Part shown: piece after piece, positions 1-10,085 of the stretch
Numbering within the stretch: position 1 is the stretch's first letter
Layout of the letters: every line of letters begins with the position of its first letter
DNA from: Candidatus Multivoradales bacterium
GTDB taxonomy: Bacteria > Acidobacteriota > Thermoanaerobaculia > Multivoradales > J023
Direction of reading: 5' to 3'
NCBI GenBank assembly: GCA_965248925.1
Contig: CBDFLE010000006.1
Location: forward strand, 2,560,001 to 2,624,000
DNA: 64,000 bases
Made by a program: the position numbers and the translations under genes
Notes under the pieces: generated by a model
The model's input: the letters and a program-made list of their open reading frames with translations, nothing else
What the model was told of the DNA's origin: nothing
The model's database searches: none

Positions 1-215
1 TGTTCATCGACAACGAGATGGGCCAGGAGATCTTGATCGCTTATCACAAGCACATCTCCCACTGCCCACACTGTGCTCAAGAGCTGCGCTATACCCGGCG
101 TTTGATCGCCACCGTGCGGCGCACGACCCAGCGGCAACCCGCTCCAGAGCGGCTGCGCAAGCGTATCCTCTCCTCAATGCCCCACCGACTATCGGCAGAC
201 CAACGGGAAGTCTGA
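1..215 (+). CDS. zf-HC2 anti-sigma factor (RsrA-like), 5' partial
   Basis: Frame open from window edge (FIDNEM...); HxxxCxxC motif HISHCPHC and typical PAPERLRKRI tail. Confidence 0.8.
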   Translation, partial: FIDNEMGQEILIAYHKHISHCPHCAQELRYTRRLIATVRRTTQRQPAPERLRKRILSSMPHRLSADQREV

Positions 216-216
216 G

Positions 217-678
217 ATGGGCCGGCACAAATCTCGGGCGGTGCTCACTTTAGCCTTGCTGCTCACTTTGGGGGTCGCCCCGCTGGGGGCCGTTAGCAAC
301 GACATCATCTTGCCCGGCCTGAACGGTGGGCAGCTCGCCGAAGCCGACCTCGACAGCGGCTCGCATGTCATCGTGGTGTGGGCGTCATGGTCTCCCCACT
401 GCCGCGACATCGTCGAGCGAGTCAACCGACTGAATTCGACTTGGTCGAGCAAAGTACGGATCTCGACGGTGGTTTTTCAGGAGTCGCCGGAAAAAATACG
501 CGCCTTCCTCCGGCGTAAGAACATGTTGGCGCCGATCTTCTTAGACACCGACGGCGTGTTTTCCAAGAAACACGCCGTCACCTCCCTACCCGGCCTGTTG
601 ATAGTCGACAGCGGCAGAGTCGCATTCAACGGCAAGTTGCCGGCCAATCCGGATTCCCTGCTCAGCCAGACTTTCTGA
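217..678 (+). CDS. Exported TlpA/redoxin-like thioredoxin-fold protein with SxxC site
   Basis: Signal peptide; VVWASWSPHC motif; cis-Pro region VTSLP. Confidence 0.8.
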   Translation: MGRHKSRAVLTLALLLTLGVAPLGAVSNDIILPGLNGGQLAEADLDSGSHVIVVWASWSPHCRDIVERVNRLNSTWSSKVRISTVVFQESPEKIRAFLRRKNMLAPIFLDTDGVFSKKHAVTSLPGLLIVDSGRVAFNGKLPANPDSLLSQTF

Positions 679-711
679 CTGCCAGCGACCGCTCTCGACA
701 GCGGCTTCTCT

Positions 712-1482
712 TCACAGCAAATGGCGTAGACGGCCATAACCGCTGCGGCTGATGGGCAAGCGGGTACCATCGGCCAAGATCGCCACCCTGCTGTCCTTGG
801 CATAGAGTTCGATCTTGGCCAAGCGGTCCAAGTTGAGCACGTAGGATCGATGGATGCGTACAAAACGGCGTTCATCGAGCTGGCTGGCCAGATCGCTGAG
901 TGTTTGCTGTTTGCGCAATGAGATCACGGCCTTCGGCGAGGGCCCGCGGACCTTAAGTACCACATGGTCGTCCTGCGCTTCGACATAGTCCAAGCGTTCG
1001 ACCGGGACGACGTGGATCCGCGCTCCCTCGCGCACCAAGATCCGCTGCAAAGGCCCCTGCCCTCCACCAGCCTCGCGAGCCAGCCCGGCCAAAGACGGTA
1101 ACTTCTCCGGCAATGCCAGACGGGCTAGAGCCTCTGCCAAACGATCGGCGCTGAACGGCTTTAGCAGATAGTCGACGGCATGGACCTCGAAGGCCCTGAT
1201 CGCGTGCTCGTCGAAAGCGGTGACGAAGATCACCGCCGGGTGCTCTTCGCCAAGTAGCTCAACTACTTCGAAACCGTTCAATTTAGGCATCTGAATATCG
1301 AGCAGCAAGACGTCGGGAGCTAACTCGGTAACTGCTTTAACTGCCTCGAAACCGTTCTCGCACTCAGCAACCACCTGGTTGGCAGCCCCAGCCCGACTGA
1401 GTTCGACAAGATACTCGCGCAGCAACTGCCGCGCCGGTGCCTCGTCATCGACGATGACTATGCGCAATGTTCGCTCACTCAC
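712..1482 (-). CDS. LytTR-family response regulator
   Basis: Receiver motifs (IVDDE, LLDIQMP, VTAFD, YLLKP) plus LytTR domain (FVRIHRSYVLNL, LPISR). Confidence 0.95.
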   Translation of the reverse strand: MSERTLRIVIVDDEAPARQLLREYLVELSRAGAANQVVAECENGFEAVKAVTELAPDVLLLDIQMPKLNGFEVVELLGEEHPAVIFVTAFDEHAIRAFEVHAVDYLLKPFSADRLAEALARLALPEKLPSLAGLAREAGGGQGPLQRILVREGARIHVVPVERLDYVEAQDDHVVLKVRGPSPKAVISLRKQQTLSDLASQLDERRFVRIHRSYVLNLDRLAKIELYAKDSRVAILADGTRLPISRSGYGRLRHLL

Positions 1483-2594
1483 TCGACGCTCTCCTGCCCC
1501 ATGTCCATCTCGACCACGGGCTTGGATTGACGGGCCCTCGGCAGCGTCACTTCCGCGCGAAAACGACCTGCCGACACCCTGATTCGGAGTTGGCCGCTGT
1601 CGCCGTAACGCATCGCCAACCGCCGCCTAACATTGTCCAGGCCGATGCCACTGCCACTGCCCTGCCCTTGCTCCCGGTCGCGCTCGGGATCGACGGCATT
1701 CTCGATCCTCAGCCGTAACAAACCTCCCGCACAGCCGGCAATGATCTGGATCGTACTGCCTTCAACCAATTGAGCCACGCCATGGCGAACGGCGTTCTCC
1801 ACCAGGGGCTGCAACAACAGCGGTGGCAGTAGACAACTGGCGCTACCTGCCCCGATCCGGCGCTCGACGCGCAGCCGCTCGCCAAAGCGTATCTGCTCGA
1901 TTTCGAGGTAGAGATCGACCAGCTTTAGCTCATCTTTGAGCACGATCCGGTCATGCTTGGCGACCTCCAGGCTGTGACGAAGGAAACCAGCCAGTCGAAT
2001 GCACATTTGCCGTGCTTGAGTCGGGTCGCCAGACACCAACGAGGCGATCGAATTTAGACTGTTGAACAGGAAGTGAGGGTCGATCTGTGCCTTCAGTGCT
2101 CGCAATTCGGCCCCCTGAGCCAACAATTCGAGCTCCAGCGCCTGACTCTGGGCGGCGCGTGAAACCTCCTGCGCCTGCATCAGGTAATGCACCGCAACCG
2201 CCAAGACGTACAACAAACAACCGAAGACGAAGATCAAAGAGAGGCTGGCGGACCAGGACTGGCGGGCGGCCTCGAGCCCAAATGAACCCGCTAGCAAGCC
2301 CGCCCACTGCCATCCGGCGCCGATCATCAGGCCACTGGCGAATAGCCCTGCCACCAGGTGACTGGCCACCAGACGGATTGCCGGCGTGCCGTCCAGAGGG
2401 AGGGTGCGGCAGAGGTACCACGAGGCCAAACAACTGAAGGCGTGCAACACCACCACCGGCAACAGCAGCAAGAGAGCAACGCTGCGCGGTGCGCCGGTCA
2501 ACCGCACCGCGATTTCGGCCAGCAGCAAACCCGCGGGTAGAAAGAGTAGCAAGTAGAAGGCCAGGCGCCGGCCTTGAGCAAGGATCGGATGCAC
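1479..2594 (-). CDS. LytS-family sensor histidine kinase
   Basis: TM helices, LKAQIDPHFLFNSLN H-box, LQPLVENAVRHG, GIGLDNV; overlaps regulator start by 4 bp. Confidence 0.95.
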   Translation of the reverse strand: MHPILAQGRRLAFYLLLFLPAGLLLAEIAVRLTGAPRSVALLLLLPVVVLHAFSCLASWYLCRTLPLDGTPAIRLVASHLVAGLFASGLMIGAGWQWAGLLAGSFGLEAARQSWSASLSLIFVFGCLLYVLAVAVHYLMQAQEVSRAAQSQALELELLAQGAELRALKAQIDPHFLFNSLNSIASLVSGDPTQARQMCIRLAGFLRHSLEVAKHDRIVLKDELKLVDLYLEIEQIRFGERLRVERRIGAGSASCLLPPLLLQPLVENAVRHGVAQLVEGSTIQIIAGCAGGLLRLRIENAVDPERDREQGQGSGSGIGLDNVRRRLAMRYGDSGQLRIRVSAGRFRAEVTLPRARQSKPVVEMDMGQESVE

Positions 2595-2659
2595 CGCTCA
2601 ACCCCGCCTCAGCCAAGAGCTGAGCAGCACAGGATCGGCGCCTACTGGAATCTCTATCC

Positions 2660-3367
2660 TCAGTTCTTGATCTCCACGCCACCCATGATGGCAAAGCCTT
2701 TGACCACCAAGCGCTGTTCCGGTCCCTCCGCATCGGCGTTCTTGCGGCTACCGTCACTCCAGTCACCGAGTAGCGAGACCACCTTGACCACTACAGTCCA
2801 ATCGTCGGGCACCCGGATCTCGATACCACCCCAGAAAGCGAAGGCGTCGATCACCGCCGGGCCGTTGCTGATTCGGGCATCGCGCAAGTCCACCTCGCAG
2901 CCGCCCATGAGAGCAAAGAAGTCGCCGCCGCGAAAATCGGCTGAGCTGCTGCGCCGAGTCACTCCTCCCATCACCGCTACTGCACTGGCCGTATCTCCAC
3001 CCTCGGATTCGCCTTGCGTACTAACCAGGCCCTGCCAGACCAAGTAACCACCCAAGAGAACCAACAGCAGCGGCCAGAACTCAAAGGTGCCGTAGGGCAG
3101 CACGTCGAGCAGAGTGAGCTGCATCCAGAGACCGATCGCCGCCAGGACGAAGCCGGTCGCTCGGCCAGCTCTACTTGCCGGCCAGAAGAACTTACCAAGA
3201 CCAGCAGCCACTATCACCAACGGCCAAAAGTCGAACAGATGATCCACCTCGAGCCAGCCGAGAGTGTCGAAGGTGTAGAGCACGCCGACGACAATCAAGA
3301 GCAAGCCAAAGGCGAAGCGGGGCGCGAAACCGCTCTTCTCAGAACGCTCTACTACCGAACTAGACAT
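2660..3367 (-). CDS. LiaF-like membrane protein (DUF5668 TM region plus C-terminal LiaF/DUF2154-like beta domain)
   Basis: Repeated FWPLxxxxxG TM motifs; MGGCEVDLRDA...FWGGIEIRVPDDW...MGGVEIKN. Confidence 0.85.
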   Translation of the reverse strand: MSSSVVERSEKSGFAPRFAFGLLLIVVGVLYTFDTLGWLEVDHLFDFWPLVIVAAGLGKFFWPASRAGRATGFVLAAIGLWMQLTLLDVLPYGTFEFWPLLLVLLGGYLVWQGLVSTQGESEGGDTASAVAVMGGVTRRSSSADFRGGDFFALMGGCEVDLRDARISNGPAVIDAFAFWGGIEIRVPDDWTVVVKVVSLLGDWSDGSRKNADAEGPEQRLVVKGFAIMGGVEIKN

Positions 3368-3722
3368 GGGAACTCTCCTTCTCCGCCAAGCGTCGCTGCG
3401 CTGGGGTCAGACTGCGTAACACGATCGACAGCCCAACGGCGACAATCAGCAGCGGCCAGGTTTGCCGCAAATCATAGTAGGCCAGCCGGTCGAGCAGCAA
3501 CAATATGCCGAGAGTGATCACCACCAACCCGCCAAAATCTGTGGTCGGCCGTAGCAGCTTGGAAAGACCCAGCACAATCAGTAGCACGGGCCAGAAGTCG
3601 ACCAGCTTGTCAGCACGAAAGAAGCCGAGCTGATCGGCGAGAAACAGGGCTCCCAGCGAAACCAGTGTCAGTCCAAAAACCAACCTGCCCAGGTCGATAG
3701 AGTGGGAATGATCTTCGCGCAT
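3360..3722 (-). CDS. LiaI/LiaF-like (DUF5668) membrane protein
   Basis: FWPVLLIVLG and TWPLLIVAVG repeats; start moved to ATG 3722 behind a GAGGAGG RBS. Confidence 0.8.
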   Translation of the reverse strand: MREDHSHSIDLGRLVFGLTLVSLGALFLADQLGFFRADKLVDFWPVLLIVLGLSKLLRPTTDFGGLVVITLGILLLLDRLAYYDLRQTWPLLIVAVGLSIVLRSLTPAQRRLAEKESSHV

Positions 3723-3774
3723 CGGCACCTCCTCACTATCCTGATGGTCACTTAGTAGCGGCGGCTCACTACTC

Positions 3775-3842
3775 ATCCTACGCAAAGTGGCCGCCCGTTG
3801 CTCGCACCCACCGGTGAACGGCGGCTACTAGACGGCCAGCGG
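3775..3842 (-). promoter_or_regulatory. Putative LytTR-regulated promoter: two imperfect direct repeats 21 bp apart plus -10 TAGGAT
   Basis: Minus strand CCGCTGGCCG (3842-3833) and CCGTTCACCG (3821-3812), then TAGGAT (3780-3775) upstream of the DUF5668-LiaF-LytS-LytTR unit. Confidence 0.55.
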
Positions 3843-3898
3843 TGCCGTAAGCTGATTCGGCATCGCCTGCTACCGCCGAGCCCATAAGATGCTCTCCG

Positions 3899-6493
3899 AT
3901 GGCCGACTCGTCCGCAACGCCAAACCTGGCCACCCTACCTATCGACCGGGTGCTACCACAGCTGCTCGAACAGCTGGGCCGGGCCGGCTCGGTGGTTCTT
4001 GACGCTCCCACCGGTGCGGGCAAGACCTCCCGGGTACCTCCAGCGGTGATGCAGAGCAGCCTGGTCGCGGGCCAACTGGTGATGCTCGAACCTCGCCGGG
4101 TGGCCGCCCGGACGGCAGCTCGGCGGATCGCCACCGAACAAGGTTGGCGCCTGGGTGGCGAGGTCGGCTACCAAGTGCGCTTTGACCGCCGGGCTGGACC
4201 TGACACCCGGCTGCTAGTGGTTACCGAGGGCGTGCTGGTGGCTTGGCTGCAACGCGATCCTTTCCTCGAGGGAGTCGGCGGGCTGATCTTCGATGAATTC
4301 CACGAGCGCAGCCTGAACAGCGATCTGGCACTGGCTATGGCACGGCGGCTGCAAAACCAAGCGCGGCCCGATCTGCGCCTGTTGGTGATGTCGGCAACCC
4401 TGGAGAGCGCCCGCTTGGCCGCTTTCCTCGGCGATTGTCCGGTCGTGCGCAGCCAGGGCCGGCTGTTTGCGGTGGAGAAGCGCTATCTGTCGCGGCCCGA
4501 CCCACGACCGGTGCCGGTAGCCGCCGCCGCAGGGGTGCGCCGAGCGCTGGCCGAGGGGCCGGGTGACGTGCTGTGCTTCCTCCCCGGAGTCGGCGAGATT
4601 CGCCGCACCCACGAGCTACTCGGCCAGTTGTCGGGAATCTCTATCATGCAGCTCTACGGCAACCTGCCGCCGGAGGAACAAGACGCCGTCCTGCGCCCCG
4701 CCTCGTCAGGCAGGCCGGGCCAGCGCAGAGTTGTGTTGTCAACCAACGTGGCCGAGACCTCGGTGACCTTGGTTGGCGTCGGCACGGTGGTCGACAGCGG
4801 TCTGGTACGACGCTCGGCATTCGATCCGACGAGCGGCCTCGATCGGCTGCAACTCGGGCGGATCAGCTTAGCTTCTGCCGAGCAACGGGCAGGACGAGCC
4901 GGACGTCTCGGCCCCGGCTTGTGCCTGCGCCTATGGACCGAGCACGACCACCGCAGCCTGGCTGCTCACGACCGCCCCGAGATTTGCCGGGTCGACCTGT
5001 CGCAGACCGTGTTGCAACTGCACGCCTGGGGCGAGAGCGATGCCCTGGCTTTCACCTGGCTGGACGCTCCCGAGCCAGCCACCATCGGCCGTGCCACCAC
5101 CTTGCTCGAGGAACTCGGAGCTATCGACCAGCACGGTATGACGGAACTCGGTCGGCAGATGGCCCAACTACCATTGCACCCGCGCCTCGCCCGATTGCTG
5201 TTGGCCGCCCGTGACCGGCAGGTACCTCTGCGCCGGGCCGCTTTGTTGGCCGCCCTGCTGGCCGAACGCGACGTGGTGTTGCGCAGCTCAGCGGCCACCA
5301 TCACCACCTCTTCAGACGTCCTCGACCGGCTGCAGGCGGTCGAAGACGTGGCCCGTCAGGGCGACGGCGAGACGGCGGTCGGAGAAGTCCACCGCGGGCG
5401 CGCCCGGCAGGTCCTTCGAGCCGGTCGCCAGATCGCCGCCTTGATAACTCAACGGTTCGGTGCCGGATCCGCCTCCCCACCCAACCGACGCTCGCTGGAT
5501 CAGCCAACCGACAGTGACGAGGACCTGGCTCAGGCGCTGCTCGAGGCCTATCCGGACCGCTTGGCAAAACGCCGTCAACCCCACGACCCGCGCGGCGTCC
5601 TGGTGGGCGGTCGCGGCGTTCGGCTGAGCAGGGCAAGTTCGGTGCACGAAGCTGACTTGTTCCTCTGCCTACAACTCGACGGTGGCCGAGCACACCCCGG
5701 CCGAGCCGCTGAAGCTCGGGTCGACATGGCCTCGGCGGTAGAGCCGGAATGGCTTGCTCAAGATCGCTTGCGCAGCCACGATGAAGTTTTCTTCGATGCC
5801 GCCAAGGAACGCGTATTAGGTTGGCAGCGGGTGTCGTACGAGGATCTGACGATCCACACCCGGCAACGGACGGTCAGCACCAGTGAGGCCGCCGAGGTGT
5901 TGCTGCAAGCCGCCGGCCAGCAACTGCACAGGGCCCTGGCTCTCGACCGACCTGCGATCCATGACTTTCTGAGGCGGCTGCACTGGCTGGCAGCCGAGAT
6001 GCCCGAGCTAGGGCTGCCGAGGTTCGACCACGACCGGCTACGGCGAGCGCTGCCCATGCTGGTCGCCGGCCGCCGATCTTTTGCCGAGCTGCGCCGCGCG
6101 CCGGTGCTCGAAACCCTCCGCGGCTCCCTATCCTACGAGCAAGCGCAAACTCTGGAACAGCACGCGCCGGAATGCCTCACGGTACCCAGCGGCAGCCGCA
6201 TCGCGCTGCGCTACTCAACGGCAGAGCCGCCGCTGCTGGCGGTACGAATCCAAGAACTCTTCGGTCTCGCCGAGACCCCAAGTCTGGCCGCTGGCCGAGT
6301 ACCCGTGCTGTTGCACTTGCTGGCACCGAACGGTCGGCCGCAGCAAATCACCCGCGACTTGGCCAGTTTCTGGCGCAACACCTATCCGCAAGTCCGCAAG
6401 GAACTCCAGGGACGCTATCCCAAACACTCCTGGCCCATCGATCCACTGCAAGCCAGTGCCCAGCGCCGACCCAGCCGCAGACGAAAGCGCTGA
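3899..6493 (+). CDS. hrpB: ATP-dependent RNA helicase HrpB
   Basis: APTGAGKT, DEFHER, MSAT, STNVAETS, QRAGRAGR; HrpB C-terminus RKELQGRYPKHSWP. Confidence 0.95.
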   Translation: MADSSATPNLATLPIDRVLPQLLEQLGRAGSVVLDAPTGAGKTSRVPPAVMQSSLVAGQLVMLEPRRVAARTAARRIATEQGWRLGGEVGYQVRFDRRAGPDTRLLVVTEGVLVAWLQRDPFLEGVGGLIFDEFHERSLNSDLALAMARRLQNQARPDLRLLVMSATLESARLAAFLGDCPVVRSQGRLFAVEKRYLSRPDPRPVPVAAAAGVRRALAEGPGDVLCFLPGVGEIRRTHELLGQLSGISIMQLYGNLPPEEQDAVLRPASSGRPGQRRVVLSTNVAETSVTLVGVGTVVDSGLVRRSAFDPTSGLDRLQLGRISLASAEQRAGRAGRLGPGLCLRLWTEHDHRSLAAHDRPEICRVDLSQTVLQLHAWGESDALAFTWLDAPEPATIGRATTLLEELGAIDQHGMTELGRQMAQLPLHPRLARLLLAARDRQVPLRRAALLAALLAERDVVLRSSAATITTSSDVLDRLQAVEDVARQGDGETAVGEVHRGRARQVLRAGRQIAALITQRFGAGSASPPNRRSLDQPTDSDEDLAQALLEAYPDRLAKRRQPHDPRGVLVGGRGVRLSRASSVHEADLFLCLQLDGGRAHPGRAAEARVDMASAVEPEWLAQDRLRSHDEVFFDAAKERVLGWQRVSYEDLTIHTRQRTVSTSEAAEVLLQAAGQQLHRALALDRPAIHDFLRRLHWLAAEMPELGLPRFDHDRLRRALPMLVAGRRSFAELRRAPVLETLRGSLSYEQAQTLEQHAPECLTVPSGSRIALRYSTAEPPLLAVRIQELFGLAETPSLAAGRVPVLLHLLAPNGRPQQITRDLASFWRNTYPQVRKELQGRYPKHSWPIDPLQASAQRRPSRRRKR

Positions 6494-6502
6494 AGCGAAC
6501 CT

Positions 6503-9500
6503 TCAGCGGCCGGCCGCTAGCAGCTGCCGAGCGCGTAGCTGATCGGGAGACCTGGAGCGGGGATGGCTGGCGACCAACCGATCCAGCACCCGCAGGGCTT
6601 TGGCTGCCAAATCGGGCTGTTGCCGCCAAAGCGCGGCCAGATCGAGCGCCGCTCGCAGCTCCAGCGCCACTTGACCGCGCATCCGGGCCCGGTGCAAGGC
6701 ACGAAGGAACGCAGCCTCGGCGCGCTCTCGTTCCGGCTTCGGCAACTGCAAGACCAAGGTGCCCTCCAAGCGATGAATCTCCGGCTCCCAAAAGCCATCG
6801 CCACCGTGCTCGATGGCTTGACGAGCTTCTTCGAGTGCCGCCAAGCCCTCCTGCGGACGGCCAGCCAGGCCCTGGGCCTCCGCCAGCTGGGCGAGAAAGT
6901 ACGGCCGGAAGCACTCGGAACCGATGGCGCGAAAACTGTCGAGCACTCCAGAGATACGGCCAATACCTGCCTCGGCATGGCCTTCGAGCGCCAAAGCCCA
7001 ACCTCCGAGAACCGTGCCAACACCGTGCAAAAAGGCAAAGTCGTGATCGGTGCAGAAGCGCACCGATTCGCGGGCCAGCAACCTGACCTGCTGGTGATCG
7101 CGCCGCAATTGGTGAACCCAGGCGTGTAGGGTTAGGGCAAAGGCTCGGCTGAAAGGATGGGCAAGCCGCTCGGCCAGAGCCGAAGCCTGGTCAACCAACG
7201 CGATCGCTTCTTGGTCCTCGCCCAAGGTCCACAACGCCCACGCGCCGTAGTCGAGTGCCGCCACCTTCGGGTGCTGACCCTGGGAGAAGACAGCCTCTAC
7301 CCGCCGCTCTGATCCGTCAGCCAATGCATCGTAGATCTCCAAACTACGACTCAGATGTTCCCACGCCGGGCGACTTTCGCCCTGGAACAACCAGCACGTG
7401 CCGCGAGCATATTCGGCCAGTACCCGGAAGGGCTGATCGCCACGACTCTTGGCGAGGTCGAGAAACTGCTCCGCCAGCTGGCTGGCAAAGTGAAAATCGC
7501 CGCGGACAATGTGAAAGCGCCACAGGCCGAGGAGAATCGGTAGCAAGAGCTGTTCCCCGTCCGCCCGTTGACACAAGGCCCGCGCTCGGGCGAAAGACTT
7601 GCCCACCTCCGGTGCCGCATAGCCGCGACTCATCAGGTAGTTGGCTCCACAGTCGACATGCAGCTCGATCTCCAGATGCAGTAAGTCAGCCGTCGACTGC
7701 AGGGTGCCGATAAGTTCCAGAGCCTCGGCAACGAATGCCTCAGCTTCCCGATTGGCACAGCTGGCAAGCGCTTCCCGGCCCGCTTGCGCCAAGTAGCGCA
7801 CGGCGCATTCGGTAGCCTGCGAATCCGCCGCGTCGGCCGCTTGTGACCAATGGTGAGCCAAGGCAGACACCCGGTCTAGGGCCAAGCGCTCAATCGCCTC
7901 GGCGACGCGGCGATGGTGCTCGCGCTTCAGACTCGCCGGCAGACTCAACAACAACGCCTGGCGTAAGCGGTCGTGGCTAAATCGCCAGTGCTGGCCCTCA
8001 GCTTCGAGCACAGCGACCTCGGAGCAGGCGTGCAACCAGCCCTCAACATCGATCTCCCCGGCAAATTCCGCCAACAACTGCAAATCCAGTTCACGACCAG
8101 CCACCGCCGCCAGCTGCAGCAAAGGCCGATAGCTGCGAGGTACTTGATCGAGCCGGCGCTGGATTACCCTGCGGATCCCGCCGGTGGAAATGTTCTGCGG
8201 CAAGTCGAACTCGCCAACCCGATCGAGACGCCCCGCCTCTTCCGCCAGAGCACGCATGATTTCGACCAAGAAAAAAGCGTTGCCTTCGGTTTCTCGGCGC
8301 AACAGCTCGAGCACTTGCGGCTGACGACCGCCGCGGCCGAGGATTGACTCACTGAGTTCGGCGATTGACTCCGATCCCAAACGACCGAGTTTCATCACCT
8401 CGGCTCCAGGCACCGCGGCCGGCAGCTCCGGCGCCTCGTCATCGCGAAAGCTGGCCACGATCAACAGCGGCAGGCGACGCGCCAAGGACTCCAGGTGGTC
8501 GAGCAGCACTAGGCTCTCACTACCGGTCCAATGCACATCCTCGAGAATCGCTACCACGGGTTGCTGGAGAGTCTCAAGCAGTTCGCCAACTACCTGCAGC
8601 ACCAGACGGCGGGTGGCCCGTGGGTCGAGATTGGGGGGCTCGGGTATGGGTCGACCGAGCAGCTCGTCAAGATCCGGAACAATGGTTTTGAGAGCGCTGG
8701 CTCGCCGATTGTCGGCATTCCCGAGCAACGCCAGCCAGCGAGCCGCCGGTCGCCACACTTCGTAGGGCTCCCCCCCTCCTTGCACCGCTTGCCCACTGAC
8801 CACCAGGGTACCCTCGACCAAACTCAGAGAACGAAGCTCCTCGAGCAAGCGCGACTTGCCAACCCCACTTTCGCCACCGACCAACAACACCCTGCCGCGC
8901 CCCTTGATCGCCTCTTCCAGATACCCTCTGAGCTGCTGGACCTCCTGGTCACGGCCGACTAACTTGGCCGCGCTGAGAAAACTCTCACGAATTTCCAAGC
9001 TCTTCCCTGGCAGCTCCATTTCAAGTGCTCCGGCGAGGGTGGTGATGACGTCGTTGGCGGTGTCGAAGCGTTCCCGCGGACTCTTCGCCAACAACCGTTC
9101 GATGATCGGAATCAAGCGGGCATCAAACTCGGTGGTCGACAGTGACGGCGGGTCGTTGACCGCCTTCATCATCATTGCCGGCAGACTCTCCGCATAGTGG
9201 GGATGGCGGCCGGCAAAGAGTTCGTAAGCCATGACGCCGGCAGAATAGAGATCGCTGCTCAGGCTGGCCGGCTCTCCTCGCAGCAGTTCCGGCGCCATGT
9301 AGGGCACCGTTCCGGACATCGAAGTGCTGCGAGTGACGTGATCACTGAATTCGGAAATACCAAAATCGACTAGCTTTACTTGTTCTCCATCGACAATCAC
9401 ATTGCCCGGCTTGATGTCGCGATGGATAACCCCTCGGCGATGCAGGTAGGCCAATGCCTGAAACATCTGCAACAGCAAGCCGACCTGGGCCCGCAGGCCG

Positions 9501-9832
9501 AGCTGCCCTCCCGCGTCGAGTAGATTGAGCGGCTCCTCAACCAACTCCATGGTGTAGAAGGGCCGTCGCATATCGTCGAAGCCATAGTCCAGAACACTGA
9601 TGATGTTGGGATGGCGCAACGATGCCAACAGGCGAAATTCGCGCGCTAGCTTGAGTCGATCATTGGTCTTGGCGCCTGCCTCGCTAAGCCGCAGGCTGCC
9701 GGAATCGGCAACCGGCGCAGACACCTGCTTAAGCGCCACTTGCTGGCCGGTGAGACGGTCAATCGCTCGATAGACAGTACCCATCCCACCACTGCCAAGC
9801 TCGTCTATCAGTTGATACTGCTTGCCTATCAT
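6503..9832 (-). CDS. Ser/Thr protein kinase fused to AAA/STAND-like ATPase and TPR/MalT-like helical domain
   Basis: LGSGGMGTVY, VALK, HRDIKPGN, DFG, YMAPE; Walker A GESGVGKS, Walker B ILEDVHW; probable start MIGKQ at 9832. Confidence 0.9.
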   Translation of the reverse strand: MIGKQYQLIDELGSGGMGTVYRAIDRLTGQQVALKQVSAPVADSGSLRLSEAGAKTNDRLKLAREFRLLASLRHPNIISVLDYGFDDMRRPFYTMELVEEPLNLLDAGGQLGLRAQVGLLLQMFQALAYLHRRGVIHRDIKPGNVIVDGEQVKLVDFGISEFSDHVTRSTSMSGTVPYMAPELLRGEPASLSSDLYSAGVMAYELFAGRHPHYAESLPAMMMKAVNDPPSLSTTEFDARLIPIIERLLAKSPRERFDTANDVITTLAGALEMELPGKSLEIRESFLSAAKLVGRDQEVQQLRGYLEEAIKGRGRVLLVGGESGVGKSRLLEELRSLSLVEGTLVVSGQAVQGGGEPYEVWRPAARWLALLGNADNRRASALKTIVPDLDELLGRPIPEPPNLDPRATRRLVLQVVGELLETLQQPVVAILEDVHWTGSESLVLLDHLESLARRLPLLIVASFRDDEAPELPAAVPGAEVMKLGRLGSESIAELSESILGRGGRQPQVLELLRRETEGNAFFLVEIMRALAEEAGRLDRVGEFDLPQNISTGGIRRVIQRRLDQVPRSYRPLLQLAAVAGRELDLQLLAEFAGEIDVEGWLHACSEVAVLEAEGQHWRFSHDRLRQALLLSLPASLKREHHRRVAEAIERLALDRVSALAHHWSQAADAADSQATECAVRYLAQAGREALASCANREAEAFVAEALELIGTLQSTADLLHLEIELHVDCGANYLMSRGYAAPEVGKSFARARALCQRADGEQLLLPILLGLWRFHIVRGDFHFASQLAEQFLDLAKSRGDQPFRVLAEYARGTCWLFQGESRPAWEHLSRSLEIYDALADGSERRVEAVFSQGQHPKVAALDYGAWALWTLGEDQEAIALVDQASALAERLAHPFSRAFALTLHAWVHQLRRDHQQVRLLARESVRFCTDHDFAFLHGVGTVLGGWALALEGHAEAGIGRISGVLDSFRAIGSECFRPYFLAQLAEAQGLAGRPQEGLAALEEARQAIEHGGDGFWEPEIHRLEGTLVLQLPKPERERAEAAFLRALHRARMRGQVALELRAALDLAALWRQQPDLAAKALRVLDRLVASHPRSRSPDQLRARQLLAAGR

Positions 9833-10085
9833 CTGTGACTCCCACACAAATTGACTCAGTAAAGCCCTCTCGATCACCCATCGGAATTGGGCTGCCCCGG
9901 TGGTGGACTGACTCAATCAAGAGCGGTTATTGGGCCATTCTGGTCTTTCGCACCCATCAAGGCAAACCTGCGGTCCTCGGGCAAGGGCCTTGGTGAAACA
10001 GCAAAGCGGCGTCGGGATTCACGTATGGGAGTAGAAAACTTATCTCGGTGAAACCTGCTGGCCGCGCACCGTTAACGACGATAGA

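Noticed and set aside
9915-10085. SAM-I or c-di-GMP riboswitch upstream of metX
   Set aside because: Only isolated fragments (ATCAAGAG, GGCAAACC, GCAAAGC); the required stems and spacing cannot be built
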